Shown: positions 41,048-51,853 of the stretch, piece after piece
Numbering within the stretch: position 1 is the first letter of the stretch
How the letters are laid out: each line of letters opens with the position of its first letter
Source: a bacterium
GTDB taxonomy: Bacteria > SAR324 > NAC60-12
Assembly: GCA_965205865.1 (NCBI GenBank)
Contig: CBDBHR010000024.1
Coordinates: 155,648 to 219,647, forward strand
Reading direction: 5' to 3'
DNA: 64,000 nt
Notes under the pieces: model-generated
Told to the model about the DNA's origin: nothing
Database searches by the model: none
What the model saw: the letters and a program-made list of their open reading frames with translations, nothing else
Program-made: the position numbers and the translations under genes

Positions 41048-43300
41048 CTAAGAGGTTTCGGAATAATCGAAGGTGAGCGCCTCGTTTTGGACATTAATGA
41101 AAACTTGCCCGCCATTGACCAGATGCCCAAACAACACTTCATCAGCAAGAACGGTTTCAATCTCTTGCTGGATCACTCGCTGCATCAAGCGGGCTCCGAA
41201 CTTTGGATCATATCCTTTTTGCGCCAGCAACCGGCGTGTCGACTCGGAAATATTGATGACCACCCGTTTGTGCTGGAGTTTATGTTCCAGGGCAAGGATG
41301 AATTTATCGACCACCATGAGGATCACATTTTCCGGAAGCGAATTGAAGTTGATGATAGCATCCAGACGATTGCGGAATTCAGGACTGAACATTCTTTCCA
41401 GCGCTTGTTTGCCGGGGGTTGTTGGGGAATTGTTCCCAAACCCAATCATTGCCGTACTCATTTCCTTTGCCCCGATGTTGGAGGTCATGATGATGACCAC
41501 ATTACGAAAATCTGCCTGCCGTCCGTTATTGTCCGTCAGTTTGGCGTGGTCCATCACCTGCAGTAGAATATTGAAGATGTCCGGATGGGCTTTTTCGATT
41601 TCGTCCAATAGCAAAACCGAATGAGGGTGTTTTCGAATCGAATCAGTCATCAAACCTCCCTGATCAAAGCCAACATAACCGGGAGGTGCTCCAATCAAGC
41701 GAGAAACCGCATGCTTTTCCATATATTCACTCATATCAAAGCGCTCGAAATGAATTCCCATGATCATAGCGAGCTGTTTGGCTACTTCAGTCTTTCCCAC
41801 TCCGGTAGGTCCGGTGAACAGAAAAGAGCCAACAGGTTGATCCGGCTGACTCAATCCGGCCCGCGAACGTTTGATGGCGATTGCCAGAGTTTGCAGTGCT
41901 TTGTCCTGGCCAAAGACCCGCAACTTTAGTTCCTTTTCCAAATTCTGCAGCTGATCTTTGTCGGAAACGGTTACCCGCTGTAAAGGAATACGCGCGATGC
42001 GTGAAACTACCTGCTCGACATCGACTGCCGTAACTGTTTTGCGTTTTTTAGATGCCGGACGCAACTTCACAGCAGAGCCAACCTCATCAATGACATCGAT
42101 AGCCTTATCTGGCAAAAACCGTTCGTTGATGTATTTAGCGGATAATTCAGCCGCAACCCGCAAAGCACCCTGTGTATAACGCAATTCGTGGTGGTTCTCA
42201 TAATGGACTTTCAATCCCTTCAAAATCTTGATCGTCTCTTCCACGGTCGGTTCCAGGATATCGATCTTTTGAAATCTTCGGGAAAGGGCATGGTCTTTAT
42301 CAAAGGACTTTTTATATTCTTCGTAGGTCGTGGAACCGATACAACGGAGAGTGCCTTTCGCAAGAGCCGGTTTGAGTAAATTGGAGACATCCATCGATCC
42401 CCCGCTGGTGGCTCCTGCTCCCACGATGGTATGGATTTCATCAATGAATAGAATCGAATGGACTTTATTCTTTAACGCCTTTAGCACCGCTTTGACGCGT
42501 TGTTCGAAATCACCGCGAAATTTCGTTCCTGCCAGCAGGGCCCCAATGTCCAAAGAAAAAATTTCTGCATCTTCCAGAAGGTCCGGAACGCCTCCCCGTT
42601 GGATCTGCAGAGCCAACCCTTCGGCAATGGCGGTTTTTCCCACTCCAGGCTCTCCTACGTAGATTGGATTGTTTTTCCGACGCCGGCAGAGAATTTGGAT
42701 GGTGCGCTCCAGTTCGTAATTCCTTCCGATCAGGGGATCGATCTTGTTTTCTGCAGCCAATTGTGACAAATTGAGCGTATACAAAGCCAAAGGATTGCGC
42801 TCCTGACGCCCCTCTGACTCCTCACCATCTTCTGAAAAATCTCGATTATTGTCCAGTTCTTCATCATCTACCGGAACTTTGGAAATACCATGTGAGATGT
42901 AGTTGAGTAAATCCAGACGGGTGATGCCTTCTTTCTGTATATAATAAGAGGCATGTGATTTGGATTCGCGGTGGATGGCGACCAGCACGTCACCCACATC
43001 TGCAGTGGTCTTTCCCGCACTGTTGACGTGCATGACTGCCAGATGCAAAACTCGCTGCACTGCCAGGGTTTGCTGGGGATTGTCTCCTCTGAGTAAAACG
43101 GTCTCTTGCTTTGCGAAAAACTCTTCCAAGCTCTCTTTCAGTTGTTCAACGTTTCCCCCGCAATGTTTGATGATGCGCACTCCCATCTCATTGTTGAGCA
43201 AGGCATAGAGAATATGCTCCACACATAAATACTCATGCCTGCGGTTTTTAGCCTCTCGTTGAGCGGCCATCAGACTGACCTCAAGATCTTTGGTAAACAT
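41048..43300 (-). CDS. clpA: ATP-dependent Clp protease ATPase subunit ClpA
   Basis: Two AAA modules (GEPGVGKT, GPTGVGKT), IGF loop, 750 aa, adjacent clpS. Confidence 0.96.
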   Translation of the reverse strand: MFTKDLEVSLMAAQREAKNRRHEYLCVEHILYALLNNEMGVRIIKHCGGNVEQLKESLEEFFAKQETVLLRGDNPQQTLAVQRVLHLAVMHVNSAGKTTADVGDVLVAIHRESKSHASYYIQKEGITRLDLLNYISHGISKVPVDDEELDNNRDFSEDGEESEGRQERNPLALYTLNLSQLAAENKIDPLIGRNYELERTIQILCRRRKNNPIYVGEPGVGKTAIAEGLALQIQRGGVPDLLEDAEIFSLDIGALLAGTKFRGDFEQRVKAVLKALKNKVHSILFIDEIHTIVGAGATSGGSMDVSNLLKPALAKGTLRCIGSTTYEEYKKSFDKDHALSRRFQKIDILEPTVEETIKILKGLKVHYENHHELRYTQGALRVAAELSAKYINERFLPDKAIDVIDEVGSAVKLRPASKKRKTVTAVDVEQVVSRIARIPLQRVTVSDKDQLQNLEKELKLRVFGQDKALQTLAIAIKRSRAGLSQPDQPVGSFLFTGPTGVGKTEVAKQLAMIMGIHFERFDMSEYMEKHAVSRLIGAPPGYVGFDQGGLMTDSIRKHPHSVLLLDEIEKAHPDIFNILLQVMDHAKLTDNNGRQADFRNVVIIMTSNIGAKEMSTAMIGFGNNSPTTPGKQALERMFSPEFRNRLDAIINFNSLPENVILMVVDKFILALEHKLQHKRVVINISESTRRLLAQKGYDPKFGARLMQRVIQQEIETVLADEVLFGHLVNGGQVFINVQNEALTFDYSETS

Positions 43301-43313
43301 GTTCTTCGCTCCT

Positions 43314-43625
43314 CTAAATCTCTTCCATACTACACCTTAGAGGAAATTCATATTGTTCGGCAATTGCATGGACTGCCGCAATTTTCGTTTCCGCAAGTTC
43401 AAAGTCGTAAATCCCGCAAACCCCAACGCCGTTATTATGAACGCTGAACATGATACGTGAGGCTTCTATCGGACTTTTACCAAATATTGTTTCTAAAATG
43501 TGTACCACAAAATCCATGGTGGTATAATCATCGTTGTGTATCAATACCTGATACATTGGTGGGGATTGAATCTTAGTCTCTGTCTCTTTTAGCGCATGAT
43601 TGTCAGCCGAACTATCTCGCCCCAT
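43314..43625 (-). CDS. clpS: Clp adaptor ClpS
   Basis: YQVLIHNDDYTTMDFV, FPLRCSME. Confidence 0.96.
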   Translation of the reverse strand: MGRDSSADNHALKETETKIQSPPMYQVLIHNDDYTTMDFVVHILETIFGKSPIEASRIMFSVHNNGVGVCGIYDFELAETKIAAVHAIAEQYEFPLRCSMEEI

Positions 43626-43782
43626 TTTTTCTCCTGTTATCGACAAACACTCGTTGGGCTTGCATCCGGTCTTAATCGTTGCATGCTTCCTCATCCTCGA
43701 GTCTTACAGCGATTCTCAGCAATTCACAGGTTGAAAATGCTTCAGCAGGTAAAATCTTACAAATCCCTCCAAAAATCAAGAT

Positions 43783-44736
43783 CTAGGCTTGAATCGGTTT
43801 TGACGAGGATTCGGGATCCAGCAGAATTTCTTCCCGTTCGACCGAACATTGATTGGCCTTTGCGTCCCACACAACTCTGCTATTGGGAGGTACGCTACGG
43901 GTCAGCCAGACATTGCCTCCAATAATGGAACGGGCACCCACCACAGTTTTACCACCCAGGATGGTTGCCCCCGCATAAATGACCACATGCTCTTCAATGG
44001 TAGGATGCCGTTTTTCCCAGGGACGAACCACTTTCTTCGTGGGGCTCAAGGCACCGATGGTCACTCCCTGGTAAATGCGGAGATAATCCCCGATCACAGC
44101 AGTTTCTCCAATGACGATCCCCGTTCCATGATCAATCATAGTTGCTTTGCCAATTTTTGCGCCGGGATGAATGTCGATTCCGGTTTGGGAGTGCACATAT
44201 TCACTCATGATGCGAGGAAGAAGAGGGATGTTTTTTTCATAAAAAAAATGTGAAATACGGTGAATGCTCAAGGCATTGATACCCGGATAACCTAAAACGA
44301 TCTCTTGCGGGCTGCGGGCTGCGGGGTCTCCTTCATAAAATGCGGAGACATCTTCCGCGAGTACGTCCCGCATTTGTGGAATGGATTCGAGAAATTCCAT
44401 CGCAATATGTTCCACTTGCCGGGCAAAGGAAGGATCGTCGTGGCAATTTTCTCCTTCTTGGGCAATTTCCCAACATAGCACTTGTTCCATATATATTTGC
44501 AGACGTTTGAATATGGAGACCGTCTTTTGTCCAATGATATAGGGAAGTTCGAGAGGCTCCAGTTGTTCTTCCCGAATGAATCCGGGAAACAACAACATTT
44601 GAATGTCTTGGACCAGGAGGATGATGTCCTCTCGGGCAGGAAGCTGTTTTTTGCCAATGCGCTCCAATTTGGGATGTTTGCGATAGGAGTCCAGTATGGA
44701 GGATACCGCCGAGGCCAGTCTTTTTTCATTATTCAT
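43783..44736 (-). CDS. cysE: Serine O-acetyltransferase
   Basis: GDPAA, GIDIHPGA, IDHGTG, KRHPT. Overlaps the cysK stop. Confidence 0.93.
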   Translation of the reverse strand: MNNEKRLASAVSSILDSYRKHPKLERIGKKQLPAREDIILLVQDIQMLLFPGFIREEQLEPLELPYIIGQKTVSIFKRLQIYMEQVLCWEIAQEGENCHDDPSFARQVEHIAMEFLESIPQMRDVLAEDVSAFYEGDPAARSPQEIVLGYPGINALSIHRISHFFYEKNIPLLPRIMSEYVHSQTGIDIHPGAKIGKATMIDHGTGIVIGETAVIGDYLRIYQGVTIGALSPTKKVVRPWEKRHPTIEEHVVIYAGATILGGKTVVGARSIIGGNVWLTRSVPPNSRVVWDAKANQCSVEREEILLDPESSSKPIQA

Positions 44737-45668
44737 GGGAATCTCTTTTTTTGAATGAACAAAGGTGTGCTCATATAATGTTCCGCACCATCGGGTAAAA
44801 TGGCCAGAATGCGTTTCCCTTTTTCCTCCGACTTGGCAATTTGCAGAGCAGCCCACAAACTTGCGCCGGAGGAAATTCCGATCAAAATTCCTTCTCGAGA
44901 TGCGGCTGCCCGTGCTGTATCATAGGCGTTCCCCTCAGTGACCAACATGACCTGATCCACCCATTCCGGGTGATAATTATCCGGTACAAACCCGGCACCG
45001 ATCCCTTGGATTCCATGGATACCCAAAGGTCCTCCTGAAATAGCAGCGCAGTGGGCCGGTTCGACGGCCACATTTTGAATCTCCGGAAAATGCTGTTTTA
45101 ATATTTTACCTGTTCCGGACATTGTACCGCCTGTGCCAATGCCACTGACAAGATAGTCCAATTCGGCGTTTTGGAAATCTTCTAGTATTTCGTGCGCTGT
45201 AGTCTCTTCGTGGATGGCAGGGTTGGCCGGATTGCTGAATTGAGACATCATGCAATATCCCCGTTCTTTCACCAGAGTGTGGGCCATCTCGATTGCGCCC
45301 CGCATGCCCAATGCGCCTGTGGTGAGAGTGATGGAGGCCCCCATGTGTTCCATCATTGCCCGGCGTTCGAAGCTCATGGTGTCCGGCATTGTCAAGACCA
45401 TGCCATAACCCCGCACCACTGCGATCAAGGTCAGCCCGATTCCCGTATTGCCTGAAGTCGGCTCCACAATCGTGTCTCCAGGCTTGAGTCGTCCTTGCTT
45501 TTCCGCGTTGAGGATCATTCCCAATGCCGTCCGGTCTTTGACACTGCCTCCAGGATTGAAACTTTCCAGTTTCACATAAACTCCGGCATCTCCATTCCCG
45601 ACCAAACGGTTGATTTTTACAATCGGGGTGCTCCCGATTGTTCCTAAAATGTCATTGTAAATTGGCAC
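44733..45668 (-). CDS. cysK: Cysteine synthase
   Basis: NPGGSVKDR, EPTSGNTG, GTGGT, IQGIGAG. Confidence 0.95.
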   Translation of the reverse strand: MPIYNDILGTIGSTPIVKINRLVGNGDAGVYVKLESFNPGGSVKDRTALGMILNAEKQGRLKPGDTIVEPTSGNTGIGLTLIAVVRGYGMVLTMPDTMSFERRAMMEHMGASITLTTGALGMRGAIEMAHTLVKERGYCMMSQFSNPANPAIHEETTAHEILEDFQNAELDYLVSGIGTGGTMSGTGKILKQHFPEIQNVAVEPAHCAAISGGPLGIHGIQGIGAGFVPDNYHPEWVDQVMLVTEGNAYDTARAAASREGILIGISSGASLWAALQIAKSEEKGKRILAILPDGAEHYMSTPLFIQKKRFP

Positions 45669-45927
45669 AGTGACTCAATGAAGAATTGCAATATGTCACA
45701 AAATGAGCTAAAAATTGCTGACTGAGAATGGTTGAGGCAAGCAAACATTTCCTGAGTTTTTTCTCCGGATGTGGAGGAAGCCCATAGTAAAAACCCAATA
45801 TCGAACATTTCAACGCTAAACAAAAGTATAAATTTTTTTTGGGATATTTTCAAGTTTGTACAGAGGATTGATAATGCCTGCCGGGAATCATTTCCAGAGC
45901 AAGGCGGGTTGCGGGGATGAGGGGGAA

Positions 45928-46632
45928 ATGACGAGTTATAAAAAGGAATTTATTGAATTTTTGGTCAAAGAGAATGCACTGCAATTTGGGGAATTCACCT
46001 TAAAAAGCGGCCGAATCTCTCCTTATTTTTTTAATGCGGCCTCTTTCAATTCAGGATCGACGATTGCTCGTTTGGGTTATTTTTATGCTGCAGCGGTATG
46101 TGAATTGGCTCCGGACAGCACGTTGATCTTCGGACCTGCATACAAAGGAATTCCCCTTTGTCTGACCACGGTGATTGCTTTATCAGCTCATTTCAATCAA
46201 AATAAGGGTTATTTTTTCAATCGCAAAGAAACCAAAACCCATGGAGACAAAGGAACTCTTGTCGGGAAACTTCCCACTGCTGCAGATCGGATTGTGATGG
46301 TTGATGACGTCATCACTGATGGTGCGACCAAGCGTGAAGCCCTCAAGCAAGTGCGGCAGGTCCTCCATGCTGATTTTTCCTTAATCTTGATCGCCGTGGA
46401 TCGTATGGAAACCAATGGAGAGGGAAAAGACACCGCGCCGGAATTGCAAGCTGAAACCAATATCCCGGTTAAAGCCATCGTCTCCATTGAAGAAATTTGT
46501 CAATACCTGCGAGGACGGGAGATCGAAGGCACCGTGGTTCTGACCGAAGAGATTTATCATCGAATCGAAGCATACTTGCAAACTTATCGCATTCGAAAAT
46601 GTAGAAAGAAGGAATCAGGATTTTATGCATAA
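45928..46632 (+). CDS. pyrE: Orotate phosphoribosyltransferase
   Basis: FTLKSGRISPYFFN, FGPAYKGIP, VDDVITDG. Confidence 0.96.
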   Translation: MTSYKKEFIEFLVKENALQFGEFTLKSGRISPYFFNAASFNSGSTIARLGYFYAAAVCELAPDSTLIFGPAYKGIPLCLTTVIALSAHFNQNKGYFFNRKETKTHGDKGTLVGKLPTAADRIVMVDDVITDGATKREALKQVRQVLHADFSLILIAVDRMETNGEGKDTAPELQAETNIPVKAIVSIEEICQYLRGREIEGTVVLTEEIYHRIEAYLQTYRIRKCRKKESGFYA

Positions 46633-47056
46633 AACCAAACCATCTTTCCGCAGCATGCAGCGCGCTCTAATTTCCTGGCAGCAGGCCCAAGTTGATTTCA
46701 TGGAAGCCAAATCCGTGCTTAAACACCAACCGCACAAGAGTAGTTTGTTGAGCGCCCAGGCAGCAATGAATGCCTTGAGCTCCATCCTGGAAGCGCGGGG
46801 TTACTTTCAGTTACCAGTGTTTTCCACCTGTGAGTTGCTTAAAAAATGTATTGAAGTGGAAACGGTTTTTGAAGTCCTTCGCTCCGCCTGTACTGTCCTC
46901 GACGGCACTGTGGAAAGAGACATGTTTGGCTCCACGCGCACGCCTCAGGCCCATTTCACACCGGCCTTTGCAAGAGCTTGTCTGAAAGCTTGTGGAGAAA
47001 TTCAGAAAGAAACAAAAAGATATTGGAAACGAAACAAAAACTTCCTTTCTGCTTAA
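46625..47056 (+). CDS. HEPN-like domain protein
   Basis: WQQAQVDF..A, AQAAMNAL and ELLKKC follow the HEPN helical pattern. Confidence 0.55.
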   Translation: MHKTKPSFRSMQRALISWQQAQVDFMEAKSVLKHQPHKSSLLSAQAAMNALSSILEARGYFQLPVFSTCELLKKCIEVETVFEVLRSACTVLDGTVERDMFGSTRTPQAHFTPAFARACLKACGEIQKETKRYWKRNKNFLSA

Positions 47057-47069
47057 AAGACACTGAAAA

Positions 47070-47732
47070 ATGCCGGACATCTTGCGTGAACGACTTGCCA
47101 ATTATATCCCCCCGGAAAATCCGCATCCCACTCAAAAAGCTTCGGTCTTGATTCCATTGCTTGAAAAAGATTCTCAGCTCCATCTCCTCTTCACTCGACG
47201 CTCCAAAGCGCTGCGGTCGCATTCCGGACAAGTTTCCTTTCCAGGAGGCAAAGCGGATTCCACAGACAAAGATGCACTGGAAACCGCCCTGCGTGAAAGT
47301 CATGAAGAAATCGGCTTGGCCCCGGAACAAGTCCGCATCTTGGGTCAACTCGATCAAATCATCTCCCTGAATTTTTTACTGGTCACTCCTTTTATTGGAC
47401 TGATTTCTGCGGATTTTGTCCCACAACCCAATGCATTGGAAATTGAAAGCATGTTCGAAGTACCTGTTGATTTCTTCATGGAAGAAGCCAATCATTCGAT
47501 AACTGAATACCAAACCAAGCGCCAAGACTCAGCACACCATTTCCATTTCAAAGATTACGACATCTGGGGACTGACTGCCATGTTGATCCTACAATTTCTG
47601 AAAATTGGTTTTCATTATGTCCCTTCCTACCAGGTGCATCGTCCTGACTTTCCCACCTGGATGGAACAATCACAGCGGTTCAGAGACGAACTCATTCCGC
47701 AAATACGCAAAGAGAGGGAACTTTCACGATGA
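47070..47732 (+). CDS. Nudix CoA pyrophosphatase (NudL-like)
   Basis: RSHSGQVSFPGG, ALRESHEEIG, IWGLTA. Confidence 0.9.
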   Translation: MPDILRERLANYIPPENPHPTQKASVLIPLLEKDSQLHLLFTRRSKALRSHSGQVSFPGGKADSTDKDALETALRESHEEIGLAPEQVRILGQLDQIISLNFLLVTPFIGLISADFVPQPNALEIESMFEVPVDFFMEEANHSITEYQTKRQDSAHHFHFKDYDIWGLTAMLILQFLKIGFHYVPSYQVHRPDFPTWMEQSQRFRDELIPQIRKERELSR

Positions 47733-47818
47733 AGTGCTGATGTATTGCTTCATAGATACCATGCCGTCGCCCACCAATCCAAAGAAGATATCTTTTCTCG
47801 CTCTCAGCGCCAACTGCC

Positions 47819-48718
47819 ATGAATGACTTGAAAGATTTTTCAGAGAGCCATTATTTGACATTGGAAGTCGAACTTTCCCACGAACACGCTGATTTGTGGA
47901 GTGCCTTTTGTTTTGAAAAAGAAGCATCCGGAATTGAGATAGTTGCGGAAACGGAAACAATACAGCAACAGCGGATTTTTTTTGAACATAAGCTCTGCGA
48001 AGTAGTCCGACAATTCCCGCAACAATTTGCGCAAACTTATCCCAAAACACAGGGTATGATTTCAGTTCTTAAGCTGGAAACCCACACTTATGAAGATTGG
48101 CAATCTAACTGGAAAGACCATTTCCAGCCCGTGGAAGCGGGACGTTCGTTCACTATCTGTCCCCCCTGGGCGACAGAAGCCTGCTCAGCAGAAAAGATTT
48201 TGCTAGTAATCAATCCAAATCAAGGTTTCGGCACAGGTCACCACCCTTCCACATTGCTGGCCTTAGAAGCCTTGGAAGCCCACCTCCTCCGCGCTCCAAC
48301 TCCCCCGGCGTCTCTGGTGGATGTTGGAACCGGATCGGGCATCCTTTCTTTGGCTGCCGCCCATCTTGGCGTTCATCTGGTTCACGGAGTCGATCTTGAT
48401 TTTAACGCAATCCGGGATGTGACGAAAAACAGAGAATTAAATCAGTTGGGTCACGTAGTACGAGTTGTGGCAGGCAGAGCGGATTGTCTGAATCGGCAAT
48501 ATGAGGTAGTGATCAGCAATATGCTCTCCCATGAGTTGTTGGAAACACACGCTGATTTGGTTCGTCTTGCTGAACCTCAAGGAGTCTTGATTTGCAGCGG
48601 ATTTCTGGAAACGCAATGGCCTGACTTGAAAACAGCATTTCAGCTGTTGGGGATGAAACTCCATACCCTATTTGAAAAAGAAGAATGGCAGGCCGTTAAG
48701 TTGATCCACGATTATTGA
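47819..48718 (+). CDS. prmA: Ribosomal protein L11 methyltransferase
   Basis: DWQSNWK, GFGTGHHPST, DVGTGSGIL. Confidence 0.92.
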   Translation: MNDLKDFSESHYLTLEVELSHEHADLWSAFCFEKEASGIEIVAETETIQQQRIFFEHKLCEVVRQFPQQFAQTYPKTQGMISVLKLETHTYEDWQSNWKDHFQPVEAGRSFTICPPWATEACSAEKILLVINPNQGFGTGHHPSTLLALEALEAHLLRAPTPPASLVDVGTGSGILSLAAAHLGVHLVHGVDLDFNAIRDVTKNRELNQLGHVVRVVAGRADCLNRQYEVVISNMLSHELLETHADLVRLAEPQGVLICSGFLETQWPDLKTAFQLLGMKLHTLFEKEEWQAVKLIHDY

Positions 48719-49818
48719 GTTGGCCAACTATGAATGCAATTTCCCTTCCCTTGTCCCACACTCCTCCTCCCAGAACAGGCTGGTCATTATTGGCTCTTTT
48801 GATGTTCATGGCGGTCTTGAGCGCCTTCCTTCTTCATTGGTACCAAAATGAAATCCAATTTCGTCTGCAAGCAGAGGTTTCTTTGCAACATCAATTACTG
48901 CATCAACAATTAGAAGGGGTGATTACTAAAAGTTTGTTGGACTTACAGAACTTTTCTGAAGATCACTTGCGTACGAATACCGTAACCCGGGGCCCGATCG
49001 TGTTTTCTTCCTTCTTTCCCCAATGGTCCATGCGCAGCCTTCCTGCCCAAGAGGATCCAATATTGACTGTGGAACTCCAACATCAATCACTGGGCGTCCC
49101 CGTGAGTTTTGAAGCGCTGCTGTATTTCCATTCCTATTTCCTCTCCGATTTTCCCTGGTTCGATTCTTCCCCTATTCCTTCCGATTCGCTTCCCGACAAT
49201 CTTATTATTTCCCGCGCGGATGACCTGCAGCGTAGCAATAAAATACACCGTTTTTCGCTGCAACAAAAGTCGATTGCCGCCTCTTTCGATTACGTGTTTC
49301 ATGGCAACACTGAGATACTTTGGGAGCAAGATCAGATGAAGGTTATTCAAGGGGAAAATGAATGGGAATTGACTGAGTTTCTCCGGGAGAAACTGCAAAT
49401 TCAAATCCAGGGGGATGTCACAATTATCGGAACCATGGGCCACCATGCTGGCAAATTGGTTTTTCTCGAGGCCAAAGGCGATCTGATTTTGCAGTTGCCT
49501 GCCGGTTCTGCGGATTTCTCTACCACGCTGCCCTCTTTTTTCGCCCATGTCACCGGAAAGACCCACGTTCAGGCGAAGAATGCCGATCATGTAAACGTTC
49601 AAGTCAACGGTTATTTCTGGATCGAGGATGCCTGCCCACTTGCGCACGCAGCCCTTCAAGCGGTTTATTGGAATGGCAGCCTGGCTTGTCCATTGGAGCG
49701 TTCTCCAACATGGCAAGTTCCCTTGCATTTGCGTTACGCCCCTCCTACCCAAGCGCCCCCTGACACCTTTGTCCGTACGGCTTTGCAACTCGGTGGAGTG
49801 CGCCCAATGAATCAATAA
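48715..49818 (+). CDS. Hypothetical protein with a prepilin-like (PilX/GspK-type) N-terminus
   Basis: RTG|WSLLALLMFMAVL hydrophobic helix without Glu5. The remainder is unrecognised. Confidence 0.45.
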   Translation: MSWPTMNAISLPLSHTPPPRTGWSLLALLMFMAVLSAFLLHWYQNEIQFRLQAEVSLQHQLLHQQLEGVITKSLLDLQNFSEDHLRTNTVTRGPIVFSSFFPQWSMRSLPAQEDPILTVELQHQSLGVPVSFEALLYFHSYFLSDFPWFDSSPIPSDSLPDNLIISRADDLQRSNKIHRFSLQQKSIAASFDYVFHGNTEILWEQDQMKVIQGENEWELTEFLREKLQIQIQGDVTIIGTMGHHAGKLVFLEAKGDLILQLPAGSADFSTTLPSFFAHVTGKTHVQAKNADHVNVQVNGYFWIEDACPLAHAALQAVYWNGSLACPLERSPTWQVPLHLRYAPPTQAPPDTFVRTALQLGGVRPMNQ

Positions 49819-49894
49819 GAGGATTGACTTATTTTCCGCTTAACTGCTAATTCAAATTATTGACTGTTTCATTGATCGATAGTAATGAGTAGCC

Positions 49895-50650
49895 ATGCAA
49901 ACCTCAATTGCCTTGATAGTAGAAAATCTGATTTTCAGTCCGCTGATCTTTGGGATTTTCTTCTTGATCACTTGCTGCCTGCCATTTTGGCGCAAACCCC
50001 GGAGAAAAAACACTCGTCTAATCTGGATGATCGTGCTCTGGTTGGTATTATTTTTCTCCAGTAGTACATGGTTTTTTCAACTTTTCTCCTGGCCTCTCAA
50101 ACAATGGACGCCATCCAGCCGCAAAAGTATGGCCGACGTAATCGTCGTTGCCACGGCCGGCGTCCATGAATCCGGAGCTCCCTCTCCAGGTTCCACTATC
50201 CGAGCCCATGCTGCAGCCCAACTCTACTTGGAGGGTTGGGCACCATTGATCCTTGTCACCGGAGGTATTGTTACCAAACCATCTGAAGGGCAGATCGCTG
50301 CCAAAGGCATGCACATTATCTTAAGGGGGATGGGCATTCCGGATGAGAACATCCTGATCGAGCATAAATCGGTGGACACCCATATGAACAGCACCAAGAG
50401 TGCCGAAATCCTCAATGCGCGCCAACTGAAAAAAATTCTTCTGGTAACTCACGATTATCACCTTTTACGCCTCTCACTGACTTTCCAGCAGCTTGGTTTT
50501 GAAATCATACCCTATGCCGCCGATATTCCCACCCTCAAAAAATCAACCTCCTGGTGGCAGATCTTTGATTGGGAAAATTTTAATAAACTGCAAACTTATG
50601 CTCATGAATACATTGGATTGCTGACCTATAAAGTGCGCGGGTGGATTTAA
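49895..50650 (+). CDS. YdcF/DUF218 family membrane protein
   Basis: ILVTGG, EHKSVDTHMN, LVTHDYHLLR, HEYIG. Confidence 0.88.
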   Translation: MQTSIALIVENLIFSPLIFGIFFLITCCLPFWRKPRRKNTRLIWMIVLWLVLFFSSSTWFFQLFSWPLKQWTPSSRKSMADVIVVATAGVHESGAPSPGSTIRAHAAAQLYLEGWAPLILVTGGIVTKPSEGQIAAKGMHIILRGMGIPDENILIEHKSVDTHMNSTKSAEILNARQLKKILLVTHDYHLLRLSLTFQQLGFEIIPYAADIPTLKKSTSWWQIFDWENFNKLQTYAHEYIGLLTYKVRGWI

Positions 50651-50659
50651 AAGCGCTCC

Positions 50660-51709
50660 TTAAAGGATCAGCATACAATCTCCGTAACTATAAAATCGGT
50701 ACTGCTGCTCGATGGCAGTTTGATATGCATTTATTAATGGCTCCCGCCCGTAAAAAGCGGCGACAAGCAAAATGAGCGTGGAATCAGGTAGGTGAAAATT
50801 AGTAAGCAACCCCTGCACCCACTGAAAATCATAAGGTGGATAAATGTAAAGATTGGTCCATCCGGAGACGAGGGTTTCGTGGCGGGCCATGGTTTCCAGT
50901 ACTCGCGCACAGGTGGTCCCCACAGCCACCAGTTTCCTCTTATCGTCCCTGGCCTGTTGTAGTCGGAGTTGGTTGGAGCGGGTGATTTCAAAGTATTCGG
51001 CATGGATTTTATGTTGTTGAATATCCTGAGAACGGAGAAGAGCGAATGTACCGAGACCGACATGGAGCGTCACTTCAATGAGAGGAATCCCCTTTTGCTC
51101 GAGCTTCCCCAGGATCTCCGGAGTGAAATGCAAACCGGCAGTTGGTGCTGCTACGGCCCCAGGTAGACGGGCGTAGCATGTTTGATAGCGCACCCGATCT
51201 TGTAGTTTGTCCACATCCGGCGTTGAGGTCCGATCGATGTAGGGTGGCAGTGGTGAGTATGCATGCTGCTCAAGCCGTGTTATCAATGTTTCGTGCTGCT
51301 CAAACTCGAGCACCCAGGTGCCTTCAGGTAACCGGGTAACAGCTCTTGCCGGGATGTGGCCAGAACAAAAGGAAAAGGAATCTCCAGGCCGGATACGCTT
51401 GGCACGCTTTATCAGGGCTTCCCACTGACCGGGAGTTCGTTCACGGAGTAGCAAGGCCTCAACCGTTCTTCCGGTTTTTCGCTGGCCAAGAAGACGGGTC
51501 GGCAAGACTTTAGTGTTATTAAGAACCAGTGCGATGTCTTCGGACAACGAATCGACGATCTGGTAAAAGTGGCGGTGGGTGATTTCCGAGGTCTCCCGAG
51601 ACAAAATCATCATTCGGGAATGATCTCGTTGCTCTGCGGGATACTGGGCAATTAGAGTGGAAGGAAGATCAAAGCGGTAGGAATCCAGCTTCCAATCCGA
51701 AGGCAACAT
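50660..51709 (-). CDS. queA: SAM:tRNA ribosyltransferase-isomerase
   Basis: LIAQYP, PLPPYI, AAPTAGLHF, TNFHLP, YSYGDCM. Confidence 0.97.
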   Translation of the reverse strand: MLPSDWKLDSYRFDLPSTLIAQYPAEQRDHSRMMILSRETSEITHRHFYQIVDSLSEDIALVLNNTKVLPTRLLGQRKTGRTVEALLLRERTPGQWEALIKRAKRIRPGDSFSFCSGHIPARAVTRLPEGTWVLEFEQHETLITRLEQHAYSPLPPYIDRTSTPDVDKLQDRVRYQTCYARLPGAVAAPTAGLHFTPEILGKLEQKGIPLIEVTLHVGLGTFALLRSQDIQQHKIHAEYFEITRSNQLRLQQARDDKRKLVAVGTTCARVLETMARHETLVSGWTNLYIYPPYDFQWVQGLLTNFHLPDSTLILLVAAFYGREPLINAYQTAIEQQYRFYSYGDCMLIL

Positions 51710-51853
51710 CTGCTTTCTCTGTTTATCAAAGCTTGCCAAGTAATTCAAACGATTTTCGGAGAAGACGTGATCCGGGAATCGTAATCCGAAAAATCCCCTC
51801 TTGGGAGGGCAGGTGGGTCGATTTTATTTTGGAGCGCCACCTCAGCTCCCCCT

